A stretch of 64,000 nt of DNA from Hypanus sabinus (lineage: Eukaryota). The stretch is taken from assembly GCF_030144855.1 (NCBI RefSeq), contig NC_082723.1:14384001-14448000 (forward strand), in the 5' to 3' direction. This document shows, piece after piece, positions 50,989 to 64,000 of the stretch (its first letter is position 1; every line of letters begins with the position of its first letter). The notes below the pieces were generated by a model that was given only the letters and a program-made list of their open reading frames with translations, was not told the origin of the DNA and did no database searches. The translations under genes and the position numbers were made by a program.

Positions 50989-52789
50989 AGACAGACAAAG
51001 AGTGCAAGAAAGGACAGTAGGAAAAACCTTGAAACGTGGATAAAGGTACAGAGAGCTATCATGTCAGGAAAAGAAAAAGGAGAAGGAAATGACATAAAGA
51101 TAAAAAGACAAAAGGGAAAGAACAAAAGAATGTGAAGTTAGGAGAAAAGAAAAAAACTGGAAAGAAAGAGAGAGAGCGGAGAATAAGGAAGAGCAGTTAA
51201 CATTTTGGAAAGGACTTCTTATTGACAGTAACTAGCAGGTCCCACCCTGTCACACTCCCTCAGAGGCAGGCAACTCAGAAATGAGTCTCCAGCATTTTAT
51301 GTTTACGTTCAATGTAAAGTGTTTATGTGTTTTATTGTTTGTATGTCTCTGTGTTTTGCTTTAAAAGAAAATAAAATAACAGTGACCTCAGCCCCTTTCC
51401 ATGGTTGTTTACTAGATGCTGCTGTGCTGTAGTGAAGTAGTGATGTTGACCAGATGGAAGCAATGGAAAGAATGACAGAGTTTCCTATTGTACAGAGTCC
51501 CAGGCAAAAACATTCAGCACAGGGACCCTGCCAGATTCCAATCAGCAGCATAATCTAACATTAAGAGAAGGGAAGGTCAGTGGGAAGGTGGGAGAAGGGG
51601 AGGTAAGATGTGAAGTGGAGGGAGGTCCTGACATACAAATACCTCCACATAAATTTTTGGGCAGAGGTTGCATGTCTGACTAATGCTGAATAATTTCCCT
51701 GTTGAGTGGGGCCTGCCTTCACTCTGGACACTTTGGCAGTGGTCCCAAGGTGTGAGGATTTTTGAACACTCTCTTAACACAGTAACAAGTTAGATGCTGG
51801 AACAGACCACTCCACCACCCACCCACCCCAACTCTCTCTGCCAACAAATGACTTGCCAATCTATAAGCACATCAATAATTATTAAGTATTAACAAAATGG
51901 CTCTGTAATCCTAAAATGCAGGCTTTCCTTACCTCCTGAAGCCCCTCCTTTCTGATTATAACTAAACACTTCAGATAATAACATGATTAAGAAGCGCACA
52001 TTTCTATTTTGCCCTTTATTTCCTCATGCTGACTCAAAGAGCTTGCCACCTAATGAGGTACTTGAGAGCCAATGAGGAATGTGACAGCTAATTTGTGCAC
52101 AGCAAGCTCCCACAAGCAACAATGAGACACTGACCGGGTGATCGGGGTTCAATGCAACATAGGGAACAACGTCCCCCTGTGGAAGAATCTCCAGCACGGA
52201 AGGGCACCTTTGGGCTCGCTGAATCTACAATGGACCTGATCCTACTTCCAAAGACTCCAAGTCTTGAGCGATTCCCAGTACATATTAATGTGATGACAGT
52301 TTGTGCCTCCCAACCCTGTCAGGCAGTAGGTTCCAGACGTTCTCTCCCCCTTGGACAGGAAAAATCCCCACCCAATCCTTCTACTAACTAACATAAATCA
52401 TGCCCCTCAGTCACTGACCTCTCTGCCGAGGATTCCTACTATTCACTCTACGTGGGCAATTGTACTGATATTGAAAGAGGGCCAAAATTATTATTTGTAT
52501 ATTTTATTATTTATTATTATATTAATTATTGTATTATAATAATTACATTATAAAATGATTATAAAATATTAGCCAAATTGCCTCATATATAAAATAATAC
52601 CATAGCAACCTTTACATCTACACAAGACAGGACCAGGCTTCAATAGCCTTTTGACATACAAGGCCTATAAGGCTCTGCAAGAAGATTTTGGCACTAACTC
52701 CCATGGTATTGATGAGAGCTTGAATTATGATTTCGGGTCTCTGAAGTGGGGACTTGAGCCTACGACAGCCTGAGAGAGATGCAAGACTT

Positions 52790-53268
52790 GTATCCACAAG
52801 ACTTAGCAACTGCTCTGCACATGACTGGAAGAAACTGCAGAGAGTTGTGGACGCAGCTCAGCACTTCACAGAAACCAGCCTCCCCTCTATGGACTCCCTT
52901 TGTACTACTCGCTGCCTCAGTAAAACAGCTAACATAATCAAACACCCCAGCCACCCCAGGTATTCTCTCTGCCACACCCTCCCCTCAGGCAGAAGTTATA
53001 AAAGACTGAAAACATGAACCACCAGACTCAATGTCAGGTTTTACCTCACTACTGTCAGACCGCTTATACAGTAAGATGCACTCCTGGCCTCACAATCCAC
53101 CAGGTTATGATCTTGCACTTTATCATTTACCTGTGCAGCATTTTTTCAGTAGCCTTTGCACTTTATTCTACATTGTTATTGTTTTACCTTGTTCTAGCTT
53201 AATACACTGTGTAATGATTTGATCTGTACGAAGACTATGCAAGAGAAGCTTTTCACTGTATCTTGGTA
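52790..53268 (+). mobile_element. Rex/Babar-type LINE 3' fragment; its tail resumes at 55118
   Basis: NCSAHDWKKLQRVV...IIKHPSHP...LPSGRSY. Confidence 0.85.
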
Positions 53269-53271
53269 TCG

Positions 53272-54660
53272 TAAGAATCAGAATCAGGTTTATTATCACC
53301 GGCATGTGTCATGAAATATGTTAATTTAGCAGCAGCAGTTCAATGCAATAGATAATCTAGCAGAGAAAGAAAAAAATAATAAATAAAATAAAACATAACA
53401 ATAAATAAACAAGTAAATCAATTAGACATATTGAATAGATTATTAAAAAATGTGCAAAAACAGAAATACTGTATATTAAAAAGGTGAGATAGTGTCCAAA
53501 GCTTCAAAGTCCATTCAGGAATCGGATGACAGAGGGGAAGAAGCTGTTCCTGAATCGCTGAGTGTGTGTCTTCAGGCTTCTGTACCTCCTCCCTGATGGT
53601 AAATGTGAGAAAAGGGCATGCCCTGGGGGCTAGAGGTCTTTAATAATGGACGCTGCCTTTCTGAGACACACTCCCTAAAGGTGTCCTGGGTACTTTGTAG
53701 GCTAGTACCCAAGATGGAGCTGACTAGATTTACAACCTTCTGCAGCTTCTTTCGGTCCTGTGCAATAGCCCCTCCATACCAGACAGTGATGCAGCCTGTC
53801 AGAATGCTCTCCATGGTACAACTATAATAGATTTTGAGTGTATTTGTTGACATGCCAAATCGCTTCAAACTCATCAATGTATTGGGACCAGGTTAGATCC
53901 TCAGAGATCTTGACACCCAGGAACTTGAAGCTGCTCACTCTCTCCACTTCTGATCCCTCTATAAGGATTGGTATGTGTTCCTTCATCTTGCCCTTCCTGA
54001 AGTCCACAATCAGCTCTTTCGCCTTACTGATGTTGTGCCAGGTTGTTGCTGTGGCATCATTCCACTAGTTGGCATATCTCACTCCTGTACACCTTCTTGA
54101 CACCAGCTGAGATTCTACCCACAATGGCTGTACTATGAGCAAATTTATAGATGGTATTTGAGCTATGCCTAGCCATACAGTCATTTGTATATAGACAGTA
54201 GAGCAGTGGGCTAAGCACACACCCCTGAGGTGCGCCAGTGTTGATCGTCAGTGAGGAGGATATGTTGTCACCAATCCGCACAGATTGCGGTCTTCCAGTT
54301 AGGAAGTCGAGGATCCAATTACAGAGGGAGGTACAGAGGCCCAGGTTCTACAACTTCTCAATCAGAATTGTGGGAATGATGGTATTAAATGCTGAGCTAT
54401 AGTCAATGAACAGCATCCTGACGCAAGGGTTTGTGTTGCCTAGGTGGTCTAAAGCCGTTTGAAGAGCCATGGAGATTGCGTCTGCCATTGATCTATTGTG
54501 GTGATAGGCAAATTGCAATGGGTCCAGTTCCTTGCTGAGGCAGGAGTTCAGTCTAGTCATGACCAACCTCTCAAAGCAATTCATCACTGTCGATGTGAGT
54601 GCTACTGGGCGATAGCCGTTTAGGAAGCCCATACTATTCTTCTATGGCACTGTTATAATT
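53272..54660 (-). mobile_element. Rex1/Babar LINE RT 3' part, decayed
   Basis: [45 protein letters not shown]; (CTGATT)n tail. Confidence 0.93.
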
Positions 54661-55117
54661 GACCATAAGACCATAAGACATAGGAGCAGAATTAGGCCAT
54701 CTGGCCCATTGAGTCAGCTCGTCATTCATTCATGGCTGATCCTTTTTTCTATCTCCTCCTCAACCCCAGTTCCTGGCCTTCTCCCAGTAACCTTTGATGC
54801 CATGTCCAATCAAGAACCTATCAAACTCTGCCTTAAATACACCCAACGACCTGGCCTCCACAGCTGCATGTGGCAACAAATTCCACAAATTCACCACCCT
54901 TTGGCTGAAGAAATGTCTCCGCATCTCTGTTCTGAAAGGGTGCCCCTCTATCCTGAGGCTGTGCCCTCTTGTCCTTAACTCTCCCACAGATTATCCACAT
55001 CTTTCCACATCTACTCTGTCTAGGCCTTTGAAAGGTTTCAATGAGGTCACCCCTCACCCTTTTGAATTCCTGCGAGTACAGACCCAGAGCCATCAAATGT
55101 TCCTCATGTGATAACCC
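54661..55117 (-). mobile_element. CR1 3' fragment
   Basis: RTRGHSLRIEG...FFSQRVVNLWN; (GACCATAA)n tail. Confidence 0.92.
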
Positions 55118-55172
55118 TGTGACAATAATAAACCAATACAAAACAATATTGAGCTATGACTAACCCATAAAC

Positions 55173-55252
55173 CAGGGGTTCCCAACCTGGGGTCCATGGA
55201 CCCCTCAGTTAATGGTAGGGGTCCATAACATAAAAATGGTTGGGAACTCCTG
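55173..55252. mobile_element. 80-bp hAT-Charlie-like MITE
   Basis: TIRs CAGGGGTTCCCAACC / GGTTGGGAACTCCTG and a palindromic body. Confidence 0.8.
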
Positions 55253-55388
55253 CCTGAACCTAAGGAAGAATGCATTCTGTTCTTTCTTTTTCCTTCATGA
55301 ACTTTCTTTCTCTATAAAGTTTCTCATTGGCTCTTTCTGCTCTTTTTGATTAAATGGACTAGTTGGAGGCAAGATGATGAGTAGGGTG

Positions 55389-55520
55389 GTGAAGGGTCTG
55401 GGCCCAAAACATCGACTCTTTATTCCTCTCCATAGATTCTGTCTGACCTGTTAAGTTCCACACCAGCATTTTGTGTGTGTTACTCTGGATTTCCCGCATC
55501 TGCAGAATCTCTGATGTTTT
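55389..55520 (+). mobile_element. Penelope terminal-repeat fragment with decayed hammerhead motif
   Basis: gtgaagggtctgggcccaaaacatcgac...ccagcattttgtgtgtgtt...gcatctgcag. Confidence 0.7.
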
Positions 55521-55959
55521 CATAAGTAAGGTATTGTGTCAAGCCAATTGCCATCCCTCCTCTAAGCCTGCCGTTAGAAGTTGGTGCAGGGAGTACTCAC
55601 CTATGCTTCAGGTCCCAGAGGTGTACAGAGTTAAAACAAGCAGAATCCTGTAATCGACCCCAATCTCAGTCCCTGCTTCCCCCTTCCACCACTAACCCAA
55701 CGTAAATATGAACCAGATGTTACATCAGCAGAACTTCATGACTGGTCAGGTGGATGGGATTTTGAAATAATCTGCTGACTTAATGGACCACTTGAGTTAG
55801 GTACCACATTATTCCACAGTTAAACATGTTCTTCAGGGAAAGGGAGACAAAAAAGATGGGGACGTTAAATAATCCATCAGAGCTCAGAGTTCCCTCCCAG
55901 CTGTCCGGACACGGGGTGATCAGTGTTGCCACCAGCTGGTGATGCAATCACACTACTTT

Positions 55960-57007
55960 AGACCATAGGACCAGAAGATGCTGGAGCAGAATGAGGTTAT
56001 TTAACTCATCGAGCCTGCTCCACTATTTTATCATGGCTGATTTATTTTCCCTCTCAACCCCATTCTCCTGCTTTCTCCCTGTAACCTTTGATCTCCTAAC
56101 TCATCAAGAACCGTGTAAATATGTGCAATAACTTACCCTCCACAGCCATCTGTGGTAATGAGTTCCATAGATTCACCAATCTCTGACTAAAGAAATTCCT
56201 CCTCATCTCTGTTCTACAGGGATGTCCTTGTATTCTATGTTTCCTAGCCCTAGACTCTCCCACTATTGAAAATGTCCTCTCCACATCCACCCTATCTATG
56301 CTTTTCAATATTTGATAGTTTTCAGTGAGGTTCCCCTCTCACCCTTCTAACTCCAGTGAGTGCAGGCCCAAGGCCAAAAACACTCCTCGTCCATTAAAGC
56401 TGTTCATTCATGGAATCAGTCCTGTGAACCTGCTCTGGACCCTCTCCAATGCCAGCACATCCTTTCTTAGACATGGGGCCCAAAACAGATCACAATACTC
56501 CAAGTGTGTCTGACAAATGTTTATAGAGTCTCAGCATTACATCCTTGCTTTTATATTCCAGTCCTCTCAAAATGAATGTTATCATTGCATTTGCTTTTCT
56601 TGCTAATGACTCAGCCTTCAAATTTACCTTGAGGAAATCCTACACCAGGATCCTAAGATCCTTTGAACCTCTGATTTCTGAATTCGCTCCGCATTTAGAT
56701 AGTAGTCTATGCCTTTATTTCTTCTACTAACATGCAAGACCAAACACTTCCCTTCACTGTATTTCATCTACCACTTCCTTGTCCATTCTCCTAATATGTC
56801 CAAGTCCTTCTGCAGGCTTCCTACTTCCTCAAAACTGCCGACCCCTCCTCTTATCTTTGCATCATCTGCAAATATGGCCACAGAGCTATGAATTCCATCA
56901 TCCAAATCATTGACAAATAACATCACAAGTAGCGGATCCAACACTGACCCCTACAGAACACCATTAGTCTCCGGTAACCAGCCAGAAAATTCCCCCTTGA
57001 TTCCCAC
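55960..57007 (-). mobile_element. CR1 3' fragment (about 1 kb), decayed
   Basis: RRNFFSQRLVNLWNSLP; upstream RT remnants; gaccatag tail. Confidence 0.9.
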
Positions 57008-57507
57008 CAGGCAGAGAAGCAAGTTCATCTGAGCTCTGTACAGTTCATTGTTTCAACTAAAGGCAGCAGCATCTCTCCACTGCACTGGATAACGTGTTAG
57101 CAGTGGGAGAAGGTCCAGTTCACAGAAACAGGTAACTCCCTAAAATTAGAACAACATTTTATTTCAAGCCCTGCAGACCTCTAGAAACAACTTTAATGAC
57201 AGCAGCTTAGAAGTTCCATTAGGAAAATATTATTTGTGGCTGTTTTCTGTGTGTAAATATTTTTAAATGTTGGCACTTATCCCACCTGGCACTTCTTGTC
57301 GTGATTCACCATTGTGTGGACGAAATTTCCTTGCTGTAATTGAACCATGCAACGATGTCATCAACATACCTGTTGCGTGTTTCAGACTTCCCAAACATGA
57401 AATGGGACTAAAAGCTTACAACTTGCACCCTTCACCGTTCACTCACAGTTAGAACATAGGACATAGAACAGCACAGGCCATTTGGCCCACGGTGCTGTGC
57501 TGACCTA

Positions 57508-57998
57508 CAATCAGTGGCCACTCCTGCTCATTAACGGAAATATCTAATCTGCCAATCATGTAGCAGCAAGTCGATGCATAAAAGCATGCAGGCACTGTCA
57601 ACAGGTGCAGTGGTTGCTCAGACTGAACACCAGAATGGGGGAGAAATGTGATCTAAGTGACTTCGACCGTGGAACAATTGTTGGCGCCGGACGGGGTGGT
57701 TTGAGTATCTCAGCAACTGCTGATCTCCTGGGATTTTCATGCACAACAGTCTCTGGAGCTTACAGAGATTGGTGCGAGAATGAGGAACACCCAGTTCCAT
57801 GGGCAAAACTACCTTGTGAGTGAGAGAGGCCAGAGAAAAATGGCCAGACAGGTTCAAATTGACAGGAAGGCAACCGCATCCCAAATAACCATGTGTTACA
57901 ACAGCACCCCCGAACACTCAACCAGTCGAAACTTGAAGTGGATGGGCTACGGGAGCAGAAGATCACAAATGTACACTCAGTGGCCATTTTATTGGGTA
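57508..57998 (+). mobile_element. Tc1-like transposon derivative (N-terminal HTH only)
   Basis: MGEKCDLSDFDRGTIVGAGRGGLSISATADLLGFS from 57635; TA-CA(A/C)TCAGTGGCCA termini. Confidence 0.85.
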
Positions 57999-59086
57999 AT
58001 GGAGTGGAAACCAGTGTGGTCTTCTGCTGCGGTAGCCCAACTACCTCCTCAGGACATTCAAGAACATCACTGTTAACATGTTCCCCCACTCTCAAATGTC
58101 CTGGGGTCACCATTAGCTGTAAATCCAACAGGCGTGTCAGCATAAGTACCATGGTTCTGAAAACAGGACAGAGGCTAGGCATTCTGGACCCCAAAACTCA
58201 GTGTCTGCCTGGAGTGTAAGGTAGGTAATACCCTCCACTTGCCTGGATACCTTCAATAACTTGACCCAATCCAGCCCTCTTGGTTTTCACCACGCATTCT
58301 TCCCTGCATGAATAATGAACAGTGACCGCAGGGTGTGGGATCTAGAAAATATACAGGAATCACCCATGTACCTGACTCTGACAGCACCTTCTGAACTCAT
58401 GACCTTGGTCACCAAGGGAGACAAGAGGCAGAGCCTCATGGGAACAATATTGTCCACAGGTACGGGAGGTACATCATCCTAACTTCTTGTTCCTGCCTCA
58501 TTGCTGCGTCTAAATCCAGAACTACCCCTCCAACAACCTTAAGGGAGCACTTTCACCAGCAGATCAGGAAGGTGATCCAGAACCATCTTCTCAGGACCAA
58601 TTACAAATTTCCTTACAACATAAAAGGAGTTCATTTGGCCCATTGAGTGTGTGCCAGCTTTCAGAGTAGTCCCACCAATCCTATTCCCCACCTTATTTCT
58701 CAGTAATCCATTCATTTTCACGCTCAGCATTTATTAAGGGACAGAAAATGTTAGCCCCACCAGCATCCCACAAAGTGAAAAAAATATACCAGGTCCTATT
58801 TCTAGTAAGCTGGAGAAACCACAAAAGTAATTCCTTAAAGTGAGGCAGTTCTAGTTCCAGCTTAGCAATTATTTTGGTGAATTCGAAATTGGCGTCAGGG
58901 CAAAACACAGAACCCATTCATGTAAGAAATGAGTGAAACCTATTTTCTTGTCAATGGCTTTTTAAGGAGACTCTGACATGCTTAGATCTATTTTATTAAG
59001 ACTGATAATAAAACACATGTAGACACATAAAGATATATGTAACATTGTAAGAATATAAAAAACTTGCATTTGCAAATATATACTTA

Positions 59087-59920
<834 letters not shown>

Positions 59921-60099
59921 GGTGTCAAGTGAGGAACTCAGAATGCGCACCTGGGCAGAAGAGTTAAAGGAAAATGATGTCGATCAGAAAACCAGGTTGG
60001 TCTTGTAAATAGAGGGCAAAACCAAGACTCCTTTCAAACCAACTCAAGTCCACCTAAGCAACACCCCAAGCATCCTGGAGCTGTGCTAATATCTAAATT

Positions 60100-60378
60100 C
60101 TAGATTAGATTAGCTTTGTTTGTTAAATGCACATCGGAACATCGACGTACACAGTGAAATGCATCGTTTGTGTTTTTATTTGCTACGCACTGCGGGCAGC
60201 CCGCAAGCATCACCATGCTTCCTGTGCCAACATAGCAAGACCACAACTGAGTAACCCAAACCCAGATTTGCTTCTGGAATACGAGAGGAAACTGGAGCAG
60301 CCAGAGGAAGCTGATGTGGTCTCGGGGAAGAATGTACAACGTCTTTATAGACAGCAGCAGGAATTGAACCCTGACCTT
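60100..60378 (-). mobile_element. V-SINE variant
   Basis: ggaattgaaccc (reverse B-box), gaggaaactggagca V-core, (TAGAT)n tail. Confidence 0.7.
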
Positions 60379-61514
60379 CTGATTGCTGTCACTGACTGCT
60401 GCCTAAGGCAGGGCCAAAGGATAGGAGAGGTGAATAGAAAGGCCTCAACATCTCAGCTACTTCTCTCATAAATTATTAAAGCGATATCTGGTAGAAATAG
60501 AAATACATTAACAGTGGCAATGGAACAAAATACTTTGGAAAGCTATTATGTTATCAAGACCCACATTATGTGGCTTAGGGATGGCTGTGAAGGGCTTGGA
60601 AAGGCGATAGACTGGATAAGGTATGTTGTTTAAACTACTATTAAGGTGTAGGTGGTACCAGCAAGACGAGTATTTATTGTCCATTGCTAATCGTCCTTGA
60701 CTGAGAGGCTTCAGAGTTTGCCCCAGAGGACAATTACAGTCATATAGCTGTAACTTTACATCATAAATCACATCTAGATCATAAATACAATTGTAGATCA
60801 TTGGTCAAAAAGGAAAGGACTGCGAGGATGTATTTAATAGAGATACCTAGACAGTGAGTTAAACCAAGTAACAGTGGCAAAGAAATCAAAGACTTCGGAA
60901 GTTTGGAAAGATGTTGGAGTCGAGGAGGCATAATTGTTTTAACACAACCTTTAAGTTGGAGGTTTTGAACTTTAATATCAATTCATCATCACCATTATTG
61001 AAACTACTTTTTTCAAATTCCAAAGTAATGCCTTTGAATTCCCCAGCGCCGATAATGAGATTTGAATTTCATCATTTGGTCTTTGGAGGACTGATCAGTA
61101 TTTTAACCACTATGTTTCGAGAACTGTTAGCTCTGCTCTCATAGTTCTTGATAATTAGGAATCTGATTAAGCTCCAGGCTTTGGCTTGGATCCATCAAAC
61201 CGTTCTTTCTTTCATAATGTACAGAGTTAACTTATGTATGTCAAAATTACCCCTTCCTCTGATGGAAGGGATTTGCAACATGCCTAAAAAGTACTTGACA
61301 ACTTTCCAGGAGGGAGATTATTAGGTGAGCTAAAAATGGTGGAGTTTCTGGGCAAAAAATGGTTGCAGCTAAGCTGTTGTCTGATTGAAATAAAGCAGTT
61401 GGTAGAAGAGAGAGATCAGGAATGGACCTCTTCAGTCCTGTTGCCCGATTCAAACTCACAGGTAATATATCTCAATGACACTCTCCTCTTCTCATCCCAT
61501 ATCCCTTAATCAAA

Positions 61515-61855
61515 GATCAAGGATCAAGTTTATTCACCGTATAAATTTACATACATTGGGAAATTGCTGTGGTGTCTTGGCATTACATGCAACAAAACGT
61601 TCCACAATTATGCAGAATAAACAATTATATAAAAATTGAGTTAGAAGTACAGATATAGCATAAAATCCACATTAATACATAAAATCATCATGTATTTACA
61701 ATGTAAGCAGCATTATAAAAAGTGGTTAAAGTGTTTACGGTGCAGTGACTGAGGTAGTAGGTGGGGAGAGAGGTGAGGGGCTAACTATCTATCCATTTGA
61801 CTTGATCAGATTAATTGCTCGGTGGAAGAAACTTTTAAGATGGTGTGATGTTCTT
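61515..61855 (-). mobile_element. Rex/Babar-type 3'UTR fragment
   Basis: gatcaag-repeat tail, tttatt, and ggaagaaact...aagatggtgtg end. Confidence 0.5.
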
Positions 61856-62002
61856 AAGGTCAAATAGCAGGAAGAGTTAAGCCATAAGGCTTCACGTAAC
61901 AAGGTCAGACAATCTTCCAACCCAGCAACTCCAAGAAGTTGAGTCAGGGTAGAAGAGTTAGGAAGTGTTGGTAGTGCCCTGGCACTAGTACTGGAACTGC
62001 TT

Positions 62003-62200
62003 TCTTTTCCTTCTTCGGCCGTCCCTTGGAATCAAGGAAGTGTTGCTTCCACTCTGCCTGTGTGGCAACCGATGAGGTCGATGTGGCAACCAGGTGGGGC
62101 AGGAGGTGGCTGAGAGGGTCAAGAGAATAGGACATTTGTGAAATGGCATGCACCTCTTGACACCCAAAGGGGCTTCTGTGAGCTCCTGAGCTTTTTAGCG
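62003..62200 (-). mobile_element. RTE LINE 3' end fragment
   Basis: Minus strand gtggaagcaa...aagggacggccgaagaag, resembling an RTE terminus. Confidence 0.55.
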
Positions 62201-62206
62201 TCATCC

Positions 62207-62495
62207 TAAATCAGAATTGGGTTTAGTATCACTGACATACAGTATGTTGTGAAACGTGTTGTTTTGTGGCTGCAGCACAGTGCAATACACAGAAACTATA
62301 AATTACAATAACTATATATTTAAAATTAAACTAAATACGTAGTGCAAAAATAGAGTGAAAATAGTGAGGTAGTGTTCATGGGTTGGTTCAGAGTCTGATG
62401 GCAGAGGGGAAGAAGCTGTTCCTAAAACATTGAGTGTGTGTTCAGGCTCCTGTACCTCCTCTCTGGCGGTAGCAATAAGAAGTGAGAATGTCCTG
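62207..62495 (-). mobile_element. Rex/Babar-type 3' end fragment
   Basis: gcagaggggaagaagctgttcct...ctgtacctcct, nearly the same as 53530-53590. Confidence 0.8.
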
Positions 62496-64000
62496 CCTTC
62501 TACTGACTATTTTATTTCAGTTTAACTGCCACCCACTTTTTGCCCAGAATCTCCACCTTTTTGAGCTCAACTAACATCTTCTCATGTGGAAAGTTGTCAA
62601 ACTTAGTAGGCATGTTGCAAATCCCTTCCTCCTATCAGATGAAAGGGTCCTTTTGACGTACGTAAGTGAACACTTTGTACATAATGAAATACTGCTTCAA
62701 TTTCACTGATCTTAAGTTAGGGATTCCCAGGAATTGTCAAAACATGACATTTCCTTCAAGGAGGTTTTATGCACCTCCTTGAATCTCTACCTCAATCCAC
62801 TCTTCTTGTGATACAGCTTGGAACAGAGTGCCTGATTCGGCAGTCTGGTGCCAAGCAGGCGAATGACAAGGCCTGCATTGTGGAGCCGACTAGGTGAAAT
62901 CAAGCTCTCAGTGTTGGGGACATTGACCTGGTGAACACTCTGACAGTAGTTAATTTATCCTGCCAGAGAATTTGGGATGCTTCATGGAGATAATGTCGTT
63001 TACCTCTCTCCAGTGCCTTCAGGTGCCTGCTCAAGGTAGTCCAAGTCTTGGTAGCTTTCCAGAGATCAGAGATTACTGTAACCTAATATACCATGTGTTT
63101 TGTCTTCAAATACCCTTTCTCTCAAATTGTCAGATCCCACACTGGCACACTGAAGGCAGTGGTGAGTGTCACCATTAATGTCTGCCTTTGTTGAATGTTC
63201 ATTCCACTGTTCCTCCCAAGCTGCATGGGTGCACAGCCACGCAGTAACTCAAATACTTCCACGCACATAGCCTTTGTTGCCACACAAATGGAGCTAGACA
63301 CAACTAGTAAAAGATTATGAAATGTTAAAGATTTTCTTTGTTATATTGTATTTCTTTATATCCTTCAATTAATAAATAAAATCAGGAGTATGTGATTGTT
63401 CAGTTTTCTTTCTAAATATTCATAGTATGCATAATTACAAAAAAAAACACAATTGAAGTGCCACGCACTTCTCAGGCTGCATACAAATTTCCTGTCCAGA
63501 GCAACGGTTGGTCAGTGCAGCTGTAAAAAAACTACAGGGAACATTGGCTTTCACCATGAACATTTATTGTCAGTGAGGCTGGGTGGAAGCTTATTCACAC
63601 TTAACCCATGCGAGTCACTTGACGTCCGAGCTGACACAGCGCAATTATAGGTTCTGAATCCAAATCAAATGGTTACTACCAAAACCAGCAGAGTGATTGT
63701 AACAGATTTATCATTAACCTGTTTCCAAATTGGGATTTTTCACCATTAGTAATATGGTAGGAGGCTCCAAGATATTGCAGTGCTGTTAGCTTCAACATAA
63801 AGGTTAACGTGGGAATAACACAAAAAAACCACATTCAAGACATCTTGCAACATCTACATTCTTAAGGAGTGATAGGAGGTTTTCAACCTTAAACAGTGAC
63901 CATCTTGTCAAGATCTTTCATTTGCAATCGGTAATATTAAAAATGACGCCAGCGTTACTACAAGTAAAAATTAATTCCCAAATATAAAATGGCAATTAAG

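Larger units (their letters stand above)
61140..62745. repeat. Long inverted repeat (arms about 61140-61408 and 62497-62745) enclosing younger TE fragments
   Basis: ggaagggatttgcaacatgccta / taggcatgttgcaaatcccttcc and further colinear matches. Confidence 0.88.

Overview
Vertebrate genomic DNA. The repeat mix (V-SINE, CR1, Rex/Babar, Penelope) points to a cartilaginous fish, probably a ray (inference). (1) Positions 1-16592 are a 24-bp C-rich minisatellite array (CCACATCTCACTGACCC(C/T)CAG(T/A)CT) with nested block duplications; one 5'-truncated CR1 LINE insertion was copied along with the array and now occurs twice. (2) Positions ~17730-64000 hold the 3' half of dynamin-1 (DNM1) on the minus strand: the end of the PH domain, a 12-nt microexon, the GED and PRD exons, and the 'RITISDP' (xb) exon. 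Upstream exons lie beyond the window. The most interesting signals are invisible to the ORF track: a 9-nt candidate microexon that would remove the proline of the calcineurin PxIxIT motif, a candidate poison microexon beside the 12-nt one, a DNM2/DNM3-type terminal exon with an internal TGA, and no intact 'xa' (SRSGQASP...PPFDL) exon. The introns are filled with TE fragments (CR1, Rex/Babar, L1, RTE, Penelope, V-SINE, Tc1, Tigger, hAT MITEs), including a CR1-Rex junction that may record a template switch. There is one 129-N assembly gap. Mammalian dynamin sequences and exon numbers are recalled from memory, and every non-canonical exon call is a prediction that needs RNA-seq.
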